64,000 nucleotides of DNA from a bacterium BMS3Bbin13 (GTDB lineage Bacteria > Pseudomonadota > Gammaproteobacteria > 21-64-14). Below the pieces are notes generated by a model. That model worked only from the letters and a program-made list of their open reading frames with translations. It searched no databases and was not told where the DNA came from. Where the stretch lies: contig BDTW01000052.1 of NCBI GenBank assembly GCA_002897735.1, positions 634 to 64,633 on the forward strand, written 5' to 3'. A program made the translations under genes and the position numbers. Shown in pieces: positions 36,419 through 45,766 of this stretch. The stretch's first letter is position 1. Every line of letters starts with the position of its first letter.

Positions 36419-38758
36419 ATGACCGTGCCGCGATCCGCCGGGCCGACCGCCCTACCGGAAGGCCGCGCCCCGGAGCCCGGGCGCCTGTGGCGCCGGGTCA
36501 CCCTGCTGTTCGTCAGCGGCGGTGTGCTGGTGCTCGCCGCGTTCGCGGTCTGGAGCTGGCGCCAGAGCTTCGATCGCATCGATTCCGAGTTGGGTATCGA
36601 AGTCGCCATGGCGGCGAACGGGGTGGACGCGATCTTCTCCGGGTTGGGCAACGACCTGACCTATCTGGGCGGGCGGTTGCCCGCGCGCGCGCAGGGCGAC
36701 TTCCGGGCACGTTCCTACGCACTCCTGAAGGCCTACCAGCGTCACCATCCGATCGTGGCGAGCATGGCGCTGTTCGCGCCCGACGGGCGGATGCTGATCA
36801 ACACGGCGCGTCCGTTCGGCGCGCCGTTGCCGGATACGCGCCACCATCCCGCGGTGCTGGCGAGTATCCGGGCGGCGCTGGGCGAGCACGGGATCTGGAT
36901 CGGCAAGACTCAGAAGGGCCTGGTACTCGGGGCCTGGCGTATCCCGGTGCGCTACGCGGTGCGTGCGCCCGACGGGCGTCCGCGTTTCATTCTCCAGGCG
37001 AGCATGCTGCTTACGACCCTGACCCGCCACTGGCGCGCCGTACGCATGTCCTCGGATATGGCCATCGGTCTGCTGCGCCTCGACGGGTTGCACGTGGCGC
37101 GGATGCCGGCGGCCAATCCCGAGCGACTCTATACCGCGCGCATGGCCGGGCCGCTGATGCAGGTCCTCGGACGCCACCCGCATAGCGCGGGCGGGGCCTA
37201 CCGGGGTCGCGTCCAGAGCGACTGGACGCAACGCATCGGCCGCTACGCGCGCCTGTCCGGGTTTCCGATGGTGGTCTACATCAGTGTGCCGGAGTCCGCC
37301 GTATGGGGCGCGTGGTGGCATGACAGCATGCCGTTTCTGGTGCTCAGCCTCCTTGGGTTGGGCAGTTACGTGGCGCTGTCCCGGGTGTTGCTGCAGCGCG
37401 AGCGCGCACACCTGCGCGAACTCGCGGCCGGCGAGCGCCACGACCCGATCACGGGGCTGCCCAACCTGCTGGCCGCACGCGAGTGGCTGGAACACCGGCT
37501 CGCCGAAGGCGTGCGTACACTCGGCCTGTTGCAGGTGCACATCGACGACTTCGCGGACGTCCACGACGCCGTCGGCGCGGGCGGTGCCCAGCGGGTTCTC
37601 CAGGAGGTGGCGCGGCGTTTGTTCGGGCGGATCTCGGACCCGCAGGCGCTGGTGGCCCATCTCGGTGTCGAACAGTACCTGGTGGGTGTTCCCGGCGCCG
37701 ATCTGCTGAGGGTCCACCGCTTGGCGCGGCGGCTGCAGGAGGCCCTCAACGAGCCGCTGTTCGTGGGTGAACAGACCCTGCGCCTGAACGCCACGGTCGG
37801 GGTGAGCTGCTTCCCGGACGACGCCGACAGCGCCGATGACCTGCTGCGCGCGGTGGCCAGTGCCGCGCACTCGGCGCAGCAGGCCGGGTACGGGCAGATC
37901 GCCCTCTACGACCCCGACAACAGCCGTCGCAGCGTTGCGCGTGTCGGTTTCCAGCAGGCCGTCGAACGTGCTCTCGCCGGCGACGAATTCGTCCTGTACT
38001 ACCAACCGATCATCGACCTGACTCAGCGCCGGCTGGCGGGCGCCGAGGCGTTGATCCGCTGGGAGGATCCGCAGCGCGGTCTGCTGCCGCCCGGCGAGTT
38101 CATTCCGCTCGCCGAGGCCACCGGCCGGATCTCCGCGATCGGCGAGTGGGTGGTGCGCCGCGCCTGCCGAGACCTCAAGGATTGGGAGACGCGCGGGTTG
38201 CACCTGCGGCTCTCGCTCAACCTCAGCGCCGAGGAACTGCGCAATCCGGACTATCCGCTCAGGTTGCGTCGCGCGCTGGCCGTCGCGCACGTCGATCCCT
38301 CCTCACTCGAGTTGGAGGTGACCGAGACGGCGGTGATGCAGGACGTGCAGCGCAGCGCGGCGGCGCTGCGCAGCCTGACGGAACTCGGGGTGCGCTTCGC
38401 GATCGACGACTTCGGCACCGGACATGCCTCGCTCACCTATCTCCGGCGCCTGCCGGTGCAGGTCATCAAGATCGATCGTGCATTCGTCACGGAGGTGGTC
38501 TCGAGTCCCGCGGACCGGGCGATCATAAAGGCGGTGATGGAACTCGCCCGCGGGTTGGGTTGCATCACCGTGGCCGAGGGGATCGAGACCGAGGCGCAGT
38601 ACCGGTTGCTGCGCGAGTTCGGCGTGGACCGCGGCCAGGGATTCTGGATCTCGCGCCCGCTGCCGCGCGATGCGTTCGAGACACTGCTGCGCGAGCACAC
38701 ACAGCTTCCGCCGCAGGTCGGGGACGATGTGCCGGACGCCTCGGAACACCGTCAATAA
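36419..38758 (+). CDS. Membrane sensor (Cache-like) + degenerate GGDEF + EAL phosphodiesterase
   Basis: Two TM segments flank a periplasmic region. HDPITGLPN is present but the GGDEF position reads GVEQY. EAL motifs AEALIRW, EVTET, DDFGTG, KIDR, AEGIET and QGF are intact. Confidence 0.85.
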   Translation: MTVPRSAGPTALPEGRAPEPGRLWRRVTLLFVSGGVLVLAAFAVWSWRQSFDRIDSELGIEVAMAANGVDAIFSGLGNDLTYLGGRLPARAQGDFRARSYALLKAYQRHHPIVASMALFAPDGRMLINTARPFGAPLPDTRHHPAVLASIRAALGEHGIWIGKTQKGLVLGAWRIPVRYAVRAPDGRPRFILQASMLLTTLTRHWRAVRMSSDMAIGLLRLDGLHVARMPAANPERLYTARMAGPLMQVLGRHPHSAGGAYRGRVQSDWTQRIGRYARLSGFPMVVYISVPESAVWGAWWHDSMPFLVLSLLGLGSYVALSRVLLQRERAHLRELAAGERHDPITGLPNLLAAREWLEHRLAEGVRTLGLLQVHIDDFADVHDAVGAGGAQRVLQEVARRLFGRISDPQALVAHLGVEQYLVGVPGADLLRVHRLARRLQEALNEPLFVGEQTLRLNATVGVSCFPDDADSADDLLRAVASAAHSAQQAGYGQIALYDPDNSRRSVARVGFQQAVERALAGDEFVLYYQPIIDLTQRRLAGAEALIRWEDPQRGLLPPGEFIPLAEATGRISAIGEWVVRRACRDLKDWETRGLHLRLSLNLSAEELRNPDYPLRLRRALAVAHVDPSSLELEVTETAVMQDVQRSAAALRSLTELGVRFAIDDFGTGHASLTYLRRLPVQVIKIDRAFVTEVVSSPADRAIIKAVMELARGLGCITVAEGIETEAQYRLLREFGVDRGQGFWISRPLPRDAFETLLREHTQLPPQVGDDVPDASEHRQ

Positions 38759-38797
38759 TACGGCCGAAGGCCGATCCCTTCCCCGCGCAGTCCCGAT

Positions 38798-39037
38798 TCA
38801 GGTGAGGCTTTTGTGAGTGCCGTCGCAGTAGGGCGGGTCGTGGGTATGCTTGCAGCCGCACAAGGCGATGCGGGTCTTCTCGTGGATCTCCAGCTTCACC
38901 GGTAAGAAGCCGGTGCCCTTGTGGGAGCCGTCGCAGAACGGTTGATCCTTGGAGCGCCCGCAGGAGCACCACCAGTAGGTGCCGGGGTCCAGTTCGACCG
39001 GAAACGGACCTTTTCGGGCGATGACCGGAGTTTCCAT
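38798..39037 (-). CDS. CDGSH iron-sulfur protein (two CDGSH motifs)
   Basis: WCSCGRSKDQPFCDGSH and LCGCKHTHDPPYCDGTH. GAGG RBS before METPV. Confidence 0.92.
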   Translation of the reverse strand: METPVIARKGPFPVELDPGTYWWCSCGRSKDQPFCDGSHKGTGFLPVKLEIHEKTRIALCGCKHTHDPPYCDGTHKSLT

Positions 39038-39152
39038 TTTCGACCTCGCAGTGCGGCGACGGCGTACCGTTGACCTGAAACCCAGGTTACCATAGCGGAT
39101 CGTTCGGGGCGCTGCCAAGCGGGCGCGCCCGAGGCGGTCGAGGAGTCCGGAC

Positions 39153-39752
39153 CTGAACCGTCTGGAAGTCGAGTCCTTGCGCACCCCGCACCTGGAACCG
39201 GCGAGTTTCACCCTCGCGGCGGGCGAGTGCGCCGGCGTGAGCGGGCCGTCGGGAGCGGGCAAGACGCTGCTGCTGCGGGCGCTCGCGGACCTCGACCCGC
39301 ACGAGGGGGAAGTGCGCCTGGACGGCGTCCCCGCGCGCCGCATCCCGCCGCCGGTCTGGCGCCGGCGGGTGGGGCTGCTGGCGGCCGAGAGCGCCTGGTG
39401 GGGCGAGCGGGTGCGGGACCACTTTCAGGGGGACCCCGCCGCCGGGCTGGAGCGGCTCGGTCTGCCGGCCGCGGCGCTCGATTGGGACGTGCGCCGGCTC
39501 TCCACCGGCGAGCGCCAGCGCCTGGCGCTGCTGCGACTTCTGGAGAACCGCCCCGAGGTCCTGCTGCTGGACGAGCCCACCGCGAACCTCGACGATGCCG
39601 GCCGCGCGTGCGTCGAGGCGTTGATTCGCGACTACCGCGAGGCGGGCGGGGTCGCCGTGGTGTGGGTGGCTCACGATACCGATCAACTCGCGCGCGTGGC
39701 CACGCACCGGCTGCGCATGGACGCGGGCCGGCTGATCCCGGTCGCGGCGTAG
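39153..39752 (+). CDS. ABC ATP-binding protein, FetA/YbbL-like
   Basis: GPSGAGKT, LSTGERQR, LLLDEPTANLD and WVAHD. Start probably CTG 39153; alternative TTG 39177. Confidence 0.85.
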   Translation: MNRLEVESLRTPHLEPASFTLAAGECAGVSGPSGAGKTLLLRALADLDPHEGEVRLDGVPARRIPPPVWRRRVGLLAAESAWWGERVRDHFQGDPAAGLERLGLPAAALDWDVRRLSTGERQRLALLRLLENRPEVLLLDEPTANLDDAGRACVEALIRDYREAGGVAVVWVAHDTDQLARVATHRLRMDAGRLIPVAA

Positions 39753-39760
39753 GCGCGCGG

Positions 39761-40555
39761 ATGCACCTGATACACCTCACACCCCTGGATCTCGGCCTCG
39801 CCGCCCTGCTGGTGCTGGCGCTCGCGCTGTTCTCGGCGCGCGTGCATCTCGACGTGGCCCGGCCGCTCCTCATTGCAGCGTTGCGCACGACCGTCCAGCT
39901 CCTGCTCGTCGGGCTGGTGCTCAAGGCGGTGTTCGCGCGTGTGCACCTGTTGTGGATCGGCGGCATCTCGCTGGTCATGCTGCTGCTCGCCGGGCGCGAG
40001 GTGATGGCGCGTCAGCGCCGCCGGCTCGCCGGCTGGTGGGGGTTCGGCGTCGGCACCCTGTCGATGTTCGTCTCCTCCTTCGCCGTCACGCTGCTCGCGC
40101 TGACCGTCATCATCGGGCCGCAACCCTGGTATCAGCCGCAGTACGCCATCCCGCTGCTCGGGATGTTGCTCGGCAACACCATGAACGGCATCGCCATCGC
40201 CATGGATCGTCTCACCCAGGAGGCGTGGCAACAGCGCACGGTGATCGAGGGGCGCCTGTTGCTCGGTCATGACTGGGGCCGGGCGATCGGCGACATCCGC
40301 CGGGACAGCATGCGCAGCGGCCTGATCCCCATCATCAACGCGATGTCGGCCGCCGGCATCGTCAGCCTGCCGGGCATGATGACCGGTCAGATCCTCGCCG
40401 GGAGCCCGCCGGTCGAGGCGGTGAAGTACCAGATCCTGATCATGTTCCTGATCGCCGCGGGCACCGGCTTCGGCACGATGGGCGCGGTGTGGATGGGCGC
40501 ACGGCGCCTGTTCGACGAGCGCCAGCGCCTGCGCCTGGACCGCCTGCATTCGTAG
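39761..40555 (+). CDS. ABC permease, FetB/YbbM (UPF0014)-like
   Basis: RTTVQLLLVG, QYAIPLLGMLLGNTM and GIVSLPGMMTGQILAGSPPVEAVKYQ. Confidence 0.9.
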   Translation: MHLIHLTPLDLGLAALLVLALALFSARVHLDVARPLLIAALRTTVQLLLVGLVLKAVFARVHLLWIGGISLVMLLLAGREVMARQRRRLAGWWGFGVGTLSMFVSSFAVTLLALTVIIGPQPWYQPQYAIPLLGMLLGNTMNGIAIAMDRLTQEAWQQRTVIEGRLLLGHDWGRAIGDIRRDSMRSGLIPIINAMSAAGIVSLPGMMTGQILAGSPPVEAVKYQILIMFLIAAGTGFGTMGAVWMGARRLFDERQRLRLDRLHS

Positions 40556-40680
40556 GCGGGCCTTGGCCCGCCGGCATTGATGGTGTTTGTAGGGCGGGCC
40601 TCGGCCCGCCGGCGATGCTGGCGAATTCCGCCGGTTCGGTGCGCGTGTCAGCGGTGTCGGCCGGGCGAGCCCGGCCCTAC
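40552..40680. repeat. Cluster of three GTAG-family REP sequences
   Basis: GTAGGCGGGCCTTGGCCCGCC (40552-40572), GTAGGGCGGGCCTCGGCCCGCC (40589-40610) and inverted GGCCGGGCGAGCCCGGCCCTAC (40659-40680). Confidence 0.75.
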
Positions 40681-40700
40681 GGGGTGACCGCCGGCGTCGG

Positions 40701-41576
40701 CTAAGACCGATCCGGCTCCATCAGCGCCCTGCGGAAGAATTCCGGTGCCGCCATGCCGGCGGCATGGATCCCGGCATTGTAGTAGCGGGTCTCGAAGGGC
40801 TTTTCCCGGGCATCGTCCTCGCGGTACCCGGACAGCGGCATGTCCTTGCAGGCCATGGTGGCCGACCACCATCCGGACGGATAGACCGGCTGCGGGAAGT
40901 GCAAGGTGAGCACGTCGTGGAAGCCCGCGCCGCGCAACGCGCCGTGCATCGACCGGAGCAGTTCCATGTGCAGCAGGGGCGACTCGCTCTGGCCGATCAG
41001 GATCCCGTGTTCGCCCAGCGCACGCAGGCAGTCCGCGTAGAACGGGCGGGCGAACAGTCCCTCGGCGGGACCGATGGGATCGGTGCTGTCGACGATGATG
41101 ACATCGACGCTCGCCGCCGGCGCTTCCTTCACGAAGCGGATCCCGTCGCCGAACTCCAGGCGCGCGCGCGGGTCGGCATTCGCCTCGCAGAGCCGCGGAA
41201 AGAACCGCTCCGCGACCCGCGTGACGCGCTCGTCGATCTCCACCTGCCGCACTTCCTCGACCTCGGGGTGGCGAAGCACCTCGCGCAGCGTTCCGCAGTC
41301 CCCGCCGCCGATGATCAGCACGCGGCGCGGCTTCGGGTGGGTGTAGAGCGCCGGGTGCGCCATCATCTCGTGGTAGATGAAATTGTCCCGGTCCGACAGC
41401 ATGACAAAGCCGTCGATGGTCAACAGACGACCGAAGTGCTCGGTCTCGTAGACCTCGATGTGCTGATACGGGGTCTGCTCCTCGTGGATCCGGCCCGCGG
41501 CGCCGAGGCGCAGGGAGAGAGCGCTCCCGGCCTCCTCCGCGATTTCAGTAAACCAATCCTCGCCCAGCTTGCTCAA
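40701..41576 (-). CDS. speE: Spermidine synthase (polyamine aminopropyltransferase)
   Basis: WFTE, FIYHEMMAH, VLIIGGGDCG, VEID and IVDSTDPIGPA. TTG start with GGAGAG RBS inferred. Confidence 0.93.
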   Translation of the reverse strand: MSKLGEDWFTEIAEEAGSALSLRLGAAGRIHEEQTPYQHIEVYETEHFGRLLTIDGFVMLSDRDNFIYHEMMAHPALYTHPKPRRVLIIGGGDCGTLREVLRHPEVEEVRQVEIDERVTRVAERFFPRLCEANADPRARLEFGDGIRFVKEAPAASVDVIIVDSTDPIGPAEGLFARPFYADCLRALGEHGILIGQSESPLLHMELLRSMHGALRGAGFHDVLTLHFPQPVYPSGWWSATMACKDMPLSGYREDDAREKPFETRYYNAGIHAAGMAAPEFFRRALMEPDRS

Positions 41577-41679
41577 TCGGTTGCTCTCCGCACCCAGGAT
41601 CCCGCTCCCGGCGGATGATAGCCAGCCGCGAGGGTCCGGGGCAAGCGCGCGCGTACGACGTGTTAGCCCAAAGCAGTAA

Positions 41680-41847
41680 TGTCCCTTCCGTCCCATTCTA
41701 AAATGCCCCCCTTTAGTTCGAGGAGGGGCGGTGATGGAGGAGAGCATTACGATGAGCGGAAAGGAGGTCGATCGGCCGGGGATCGGGAAGCGGCGGCGGA
41801 AGGAGGCGGGCGGGCAGCTCGGGCTGCGTCCGGGCGACGTGGACATG
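41680..41847 (+). pseudogene. Left end and 5' fragment of an ISNCY/IS1202-like transposase
   Basis: TGT-initiated end containing AAATGCCCCC and a strong GAGGAGG RBS. Then MEESITMSGKEVDRPGI..RKEAGGQLGL, resembling from memory the ITMSxKELDR..EAAxQLGL N-terminal HTH of these transposases. Truncated at a REP pair. Confidence 0.5.
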
Positions 41848-41931
41848 GTAGCCTGGATGAAGCGTAGCGAAATCCGGGGATGGCGTGCCGCGCTCTCCCG
41901 GATTTCGGCCTTCGGCCTGCATCCAGGCTAC
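41848..41931. repeat. Inverted GTAG-REP doublet (REPIN-like)
   Basis: GTAGCCTGGATGAAGCGTAGCGAAATCCGGG (41848-41878) faces CCCGGATTTCGGCCTTCGGCCTGCATCCAGGCTAC (41897-41931). Confidence 0.8.
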
Positions 41932-41937
41932 ATGGAG

Positions 41938-41984
41938 CGCGGGGTCGCGGGGTCGCGGGGTCAGGCTTGACATATGGGCATTCG
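41938..41984 (+). repeat. Solo copy of the 31382 TIR, preceded by an 8-bp triple tandem repeat
   Basis: (CGCGGGGT)x3 at 41938-41961 merges into GGGGTCAGGCTTGACATATGGGCATTCG, which is 26/28 identical to 31382-31409. Confidence 0.8.
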
Positions 41985-42040
41985 GGGGCCCGCGTCCGAC
42001 CGGACCCGAGCCCCGGGGCGGACCCGGGAAAGAGGGTCGC

Positions 42041-42315
42041 TTAAATCGCGATCTTCGTTTCTATCGCCGCATAATCCGCTTGCACGCGCCATCTCCGCTG
42101 TCGAGCAACCCGGCGGCCACCCAGAGCTGGACCTCCGCGTGAACCTTGCCGTAATCGCGTCCGGGCGCCTTTGGATGCATAGGCGATCTCTGCGCCCCGG
42201 GAATGCCGATGGTCGCCTTTGCCCCGTTCGTTATCGTACCCAACGCCCGGACGCCGGGGCGATCGTAGAACAGGGAATATTTCAGGCTGTGGGCCGATGG
42301 GGGGAGAGGGGGCAT
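42041..42315 (-). pseudogene. Frameshifted, internally deleted DUF6516(TumE-like)/HTH antitoxin toxin-antitoxin relic
   Basis: Split across two frames: PPSAHSLKYSLFYDRPG, then VGYDNERGKGDHRH, then GRDYGKVHAEVQLWVAAGLL, then ADYAAIETKIAI*. Confidence 0.6.
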
Positions 42316-42388
42316 TTTTGAATCGGGTCGGCATCGCGCCTGTACGGCGCGCTTGCAAGTCCCCCGGGGAGCCTCGAAACTGTGCGCC

Positions 42389-44290
<1,902 letters not shown>

Positions 44291-44392
44291 GCCCGGAAGC
44301 CCGTCGGCGGCCCGAATCCCCCGCCACCCCGCCCCGCGCCGGCTGCCGGTGTCAACCCAGCCGCCGGCGGGTCCTCTCCATCCTGGCGGCCC

Positions 44393-44629
44393 TCAGGTCT
44401 TCTCGACGTAATAACGGAACACGCCCCCGTCCTCGGAGACCGAAAGCAGCCGGTTTCCGGTGCGCCGGCACCAGGAGGGAATGTCGGTGCGCGTACCCGG
44501 GTCGCTCGCCACGATCTCCAGGACTTGGCCGGGGGCGAGACCCTTGATGGCCTGGTTGGTTTCGACCATGGGCATCGGGCAGCACTTGCCCGTCGTGTCC
44601 AGGGTGTCGGTGACGGCCGGTTTGTCCAT
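44393..44629 (-). CDS. tusA: TusA family sulfur carrier protein
   Basis: LDTTGKCCPMP (CPxP), SDPG and DIPSWC. Confidence 0.88.
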   Translation of the reverse strand: MDKPAVTDTLDTTGKCCPMPMVETNQAIKGLAPGQVLEIVASDPGTRTDIPSWCRRTGNRLLSVSEDGGVFRYYVEKT

Positions 44630-44644
44630 CTGCGCGTCCCCCGG

Positions 44645-45061
44645 TCAGAAGTACTGACAGTGATCGGCCGTGGCGGCCTTCTCGTTGAGGAACCAAGCGG
44701 CCCCCACGATTCCGGACGCCTCCGGCAAGAGGTTGTTCTCATCGACGCCGAAGATGTTCGCCGCCAGGCTGCACCCGTAGAAATGGACCTTCCCGGTCTC
44801 GTGGAGCGTCGTGAGCAGTGTGTGGATGTCGTTCGGCAGGCCCGCCGCGGCGACCCGCTCGCGCACCCATTGATCGGCGTCCGCGTGGCGCCCCTCCACG
44901 CACAGCGCCTTGGCGCCGTCCTCGGTCAGGGCGCGCACCGCCCAGTTGACGAACAGCAGGTCCACCTCGGTGCCCTCCGCGGCGCTCAGGTAGGCAAAGG
45001 CGAGCGGGGTCAGGATCTTATCGTAGGCATCCTCGCGAACCACAATGGCCAATCGTTTCAT
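44645..45061 (-). CDS. DsrE/DsrE2-like sulfur-relay protein
   Basis: [32 protein letters not shown] and [16 protein letters not shown], adjacent to tusA. Confidence 0.8.
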   Translation of the reverse strand: MKRLAIVVREDAYDKILTPLAFAYLSAAEGTEVDLLFVNWAVRALTEDGAKALCVEGRHADADQWVRERVAAAGLPNDIHTLLTTLHETGKVHFYGCSLAANIFGVDENNLLPEASGIVGAAWFLNEKAATADHCQYF

Positions 45062-45074
45062 GGTACCCCTCCAA

Positions 45075-45094
45075 TAGAACGAACATTCGTTCTA
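45075..45094. promoter_or_regulatory. Palindromic operator upstream of dsrE-tusA
   Basis: TAGAACGAACATTCGTTCTA lies between a minus-strand -10-like TACGAT and the RBS. Confidence 0.8.
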
Positions 45095-45131
45095 ATCGTA
45101 GTCCCAAAAAAATACGCCGGACACCGGCGCC

Positions 45132-45731
45132 TCACGCCGCCACGGCCCGCCAACTGCACACCCACACCGCCTCGAGCTGCGATGGCAATGGCTCGCGCAG
45201 CACCCGGTCGAGCCGTGCCATGATCAGCCGCATTGCCCCGCCGAACAGGCAGGTCGAGGCGATCATCGGGTCCATCGACCGGACCTCGCCGCGCTCCATT
45301 CCCTCGCGCACCATCTCGCGCATCATCGCAAACGGCTTCGACGAGCAGACCGGCGTCGCGGAGGGCAGAAACTCCCGGTGCTTGGCATAAAGCATGAACT
45401 CCATCGCCTCGGGCTCCTCTTCCGTGATCTCGAACAAGGCCTCCATCAGCGCATAACACCGGGCGCGGGTCGTGCGGTGCCGCGCCTGGATCGCCTCGAT
45501 GCGTTCGACCATCTGCGCCAACAGCCCCGCATAGAGCGAACGGGCGATGTCTTCCTTGTCCCGGAAGTGGTGATAGATGGAGCCGATGCTGACGCCGGCG
45601 TGGCGGGCGATGTCGTGCACCGAGGTATTGAAATAGCCGCGCCGGGTGAAAAGCCGCAAGGCGCTCGCGAGCACCTGCTCGCGCGGGTCGGCGACGCGGT
45701 GCTTGCGGGGCATTGTCGAGGTCCGGGCCAT
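45132..45731 (-). CDS. TetR/AcrR family transcriptional regulator
   Basis: ALRLFTRRGYFNTSVHDIARHAGVSIGSIYHHFRDKE. Four Cys lie C-terminal to the HTH. Confidence 0.93.
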   Translation of the reverse strand: MARTSTMPRKHRVADPREQVLASALRLFTRRGYFNTSVHDIARHAGVSIGSIYHHFRDKEDIARSLYAGLLAQMVERIEAIQARHRTTRARCYALMEALFEITEEEPEAMEFMLYAKHREFLPSATPVCSSKPFAMMREMVREGMERGEVRSMDPMIASTCLFGGAMRLIMARLDRVLREPLPSQLEAVWVCSWRAVAA

Positions 45732-45737
45732 GGGAGA

Positions 45738-45766
45738 AGACTAGAACGAACGTTCGTTCTAGTCAA
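45738..45766 (-). promoter_or_regulatory. Sigma70 promoter of tetR with an embedded perfect 26-bp palindrome
   Basis: Minus strand TTGACT-17 bp-TAGTCT-6 nt-ATG. Palindrome GACTAGAACGAACGTTCGTTCTAGTC at 45739-45764. Confidence 0.85.

Noticed and set aside
40552..41984. Short repeats as a CRISPR array
   Set aside because: The repeats are inverted or palindromic, few and irregularly spaced, with no unique-spacer periodicity and no cas genes.
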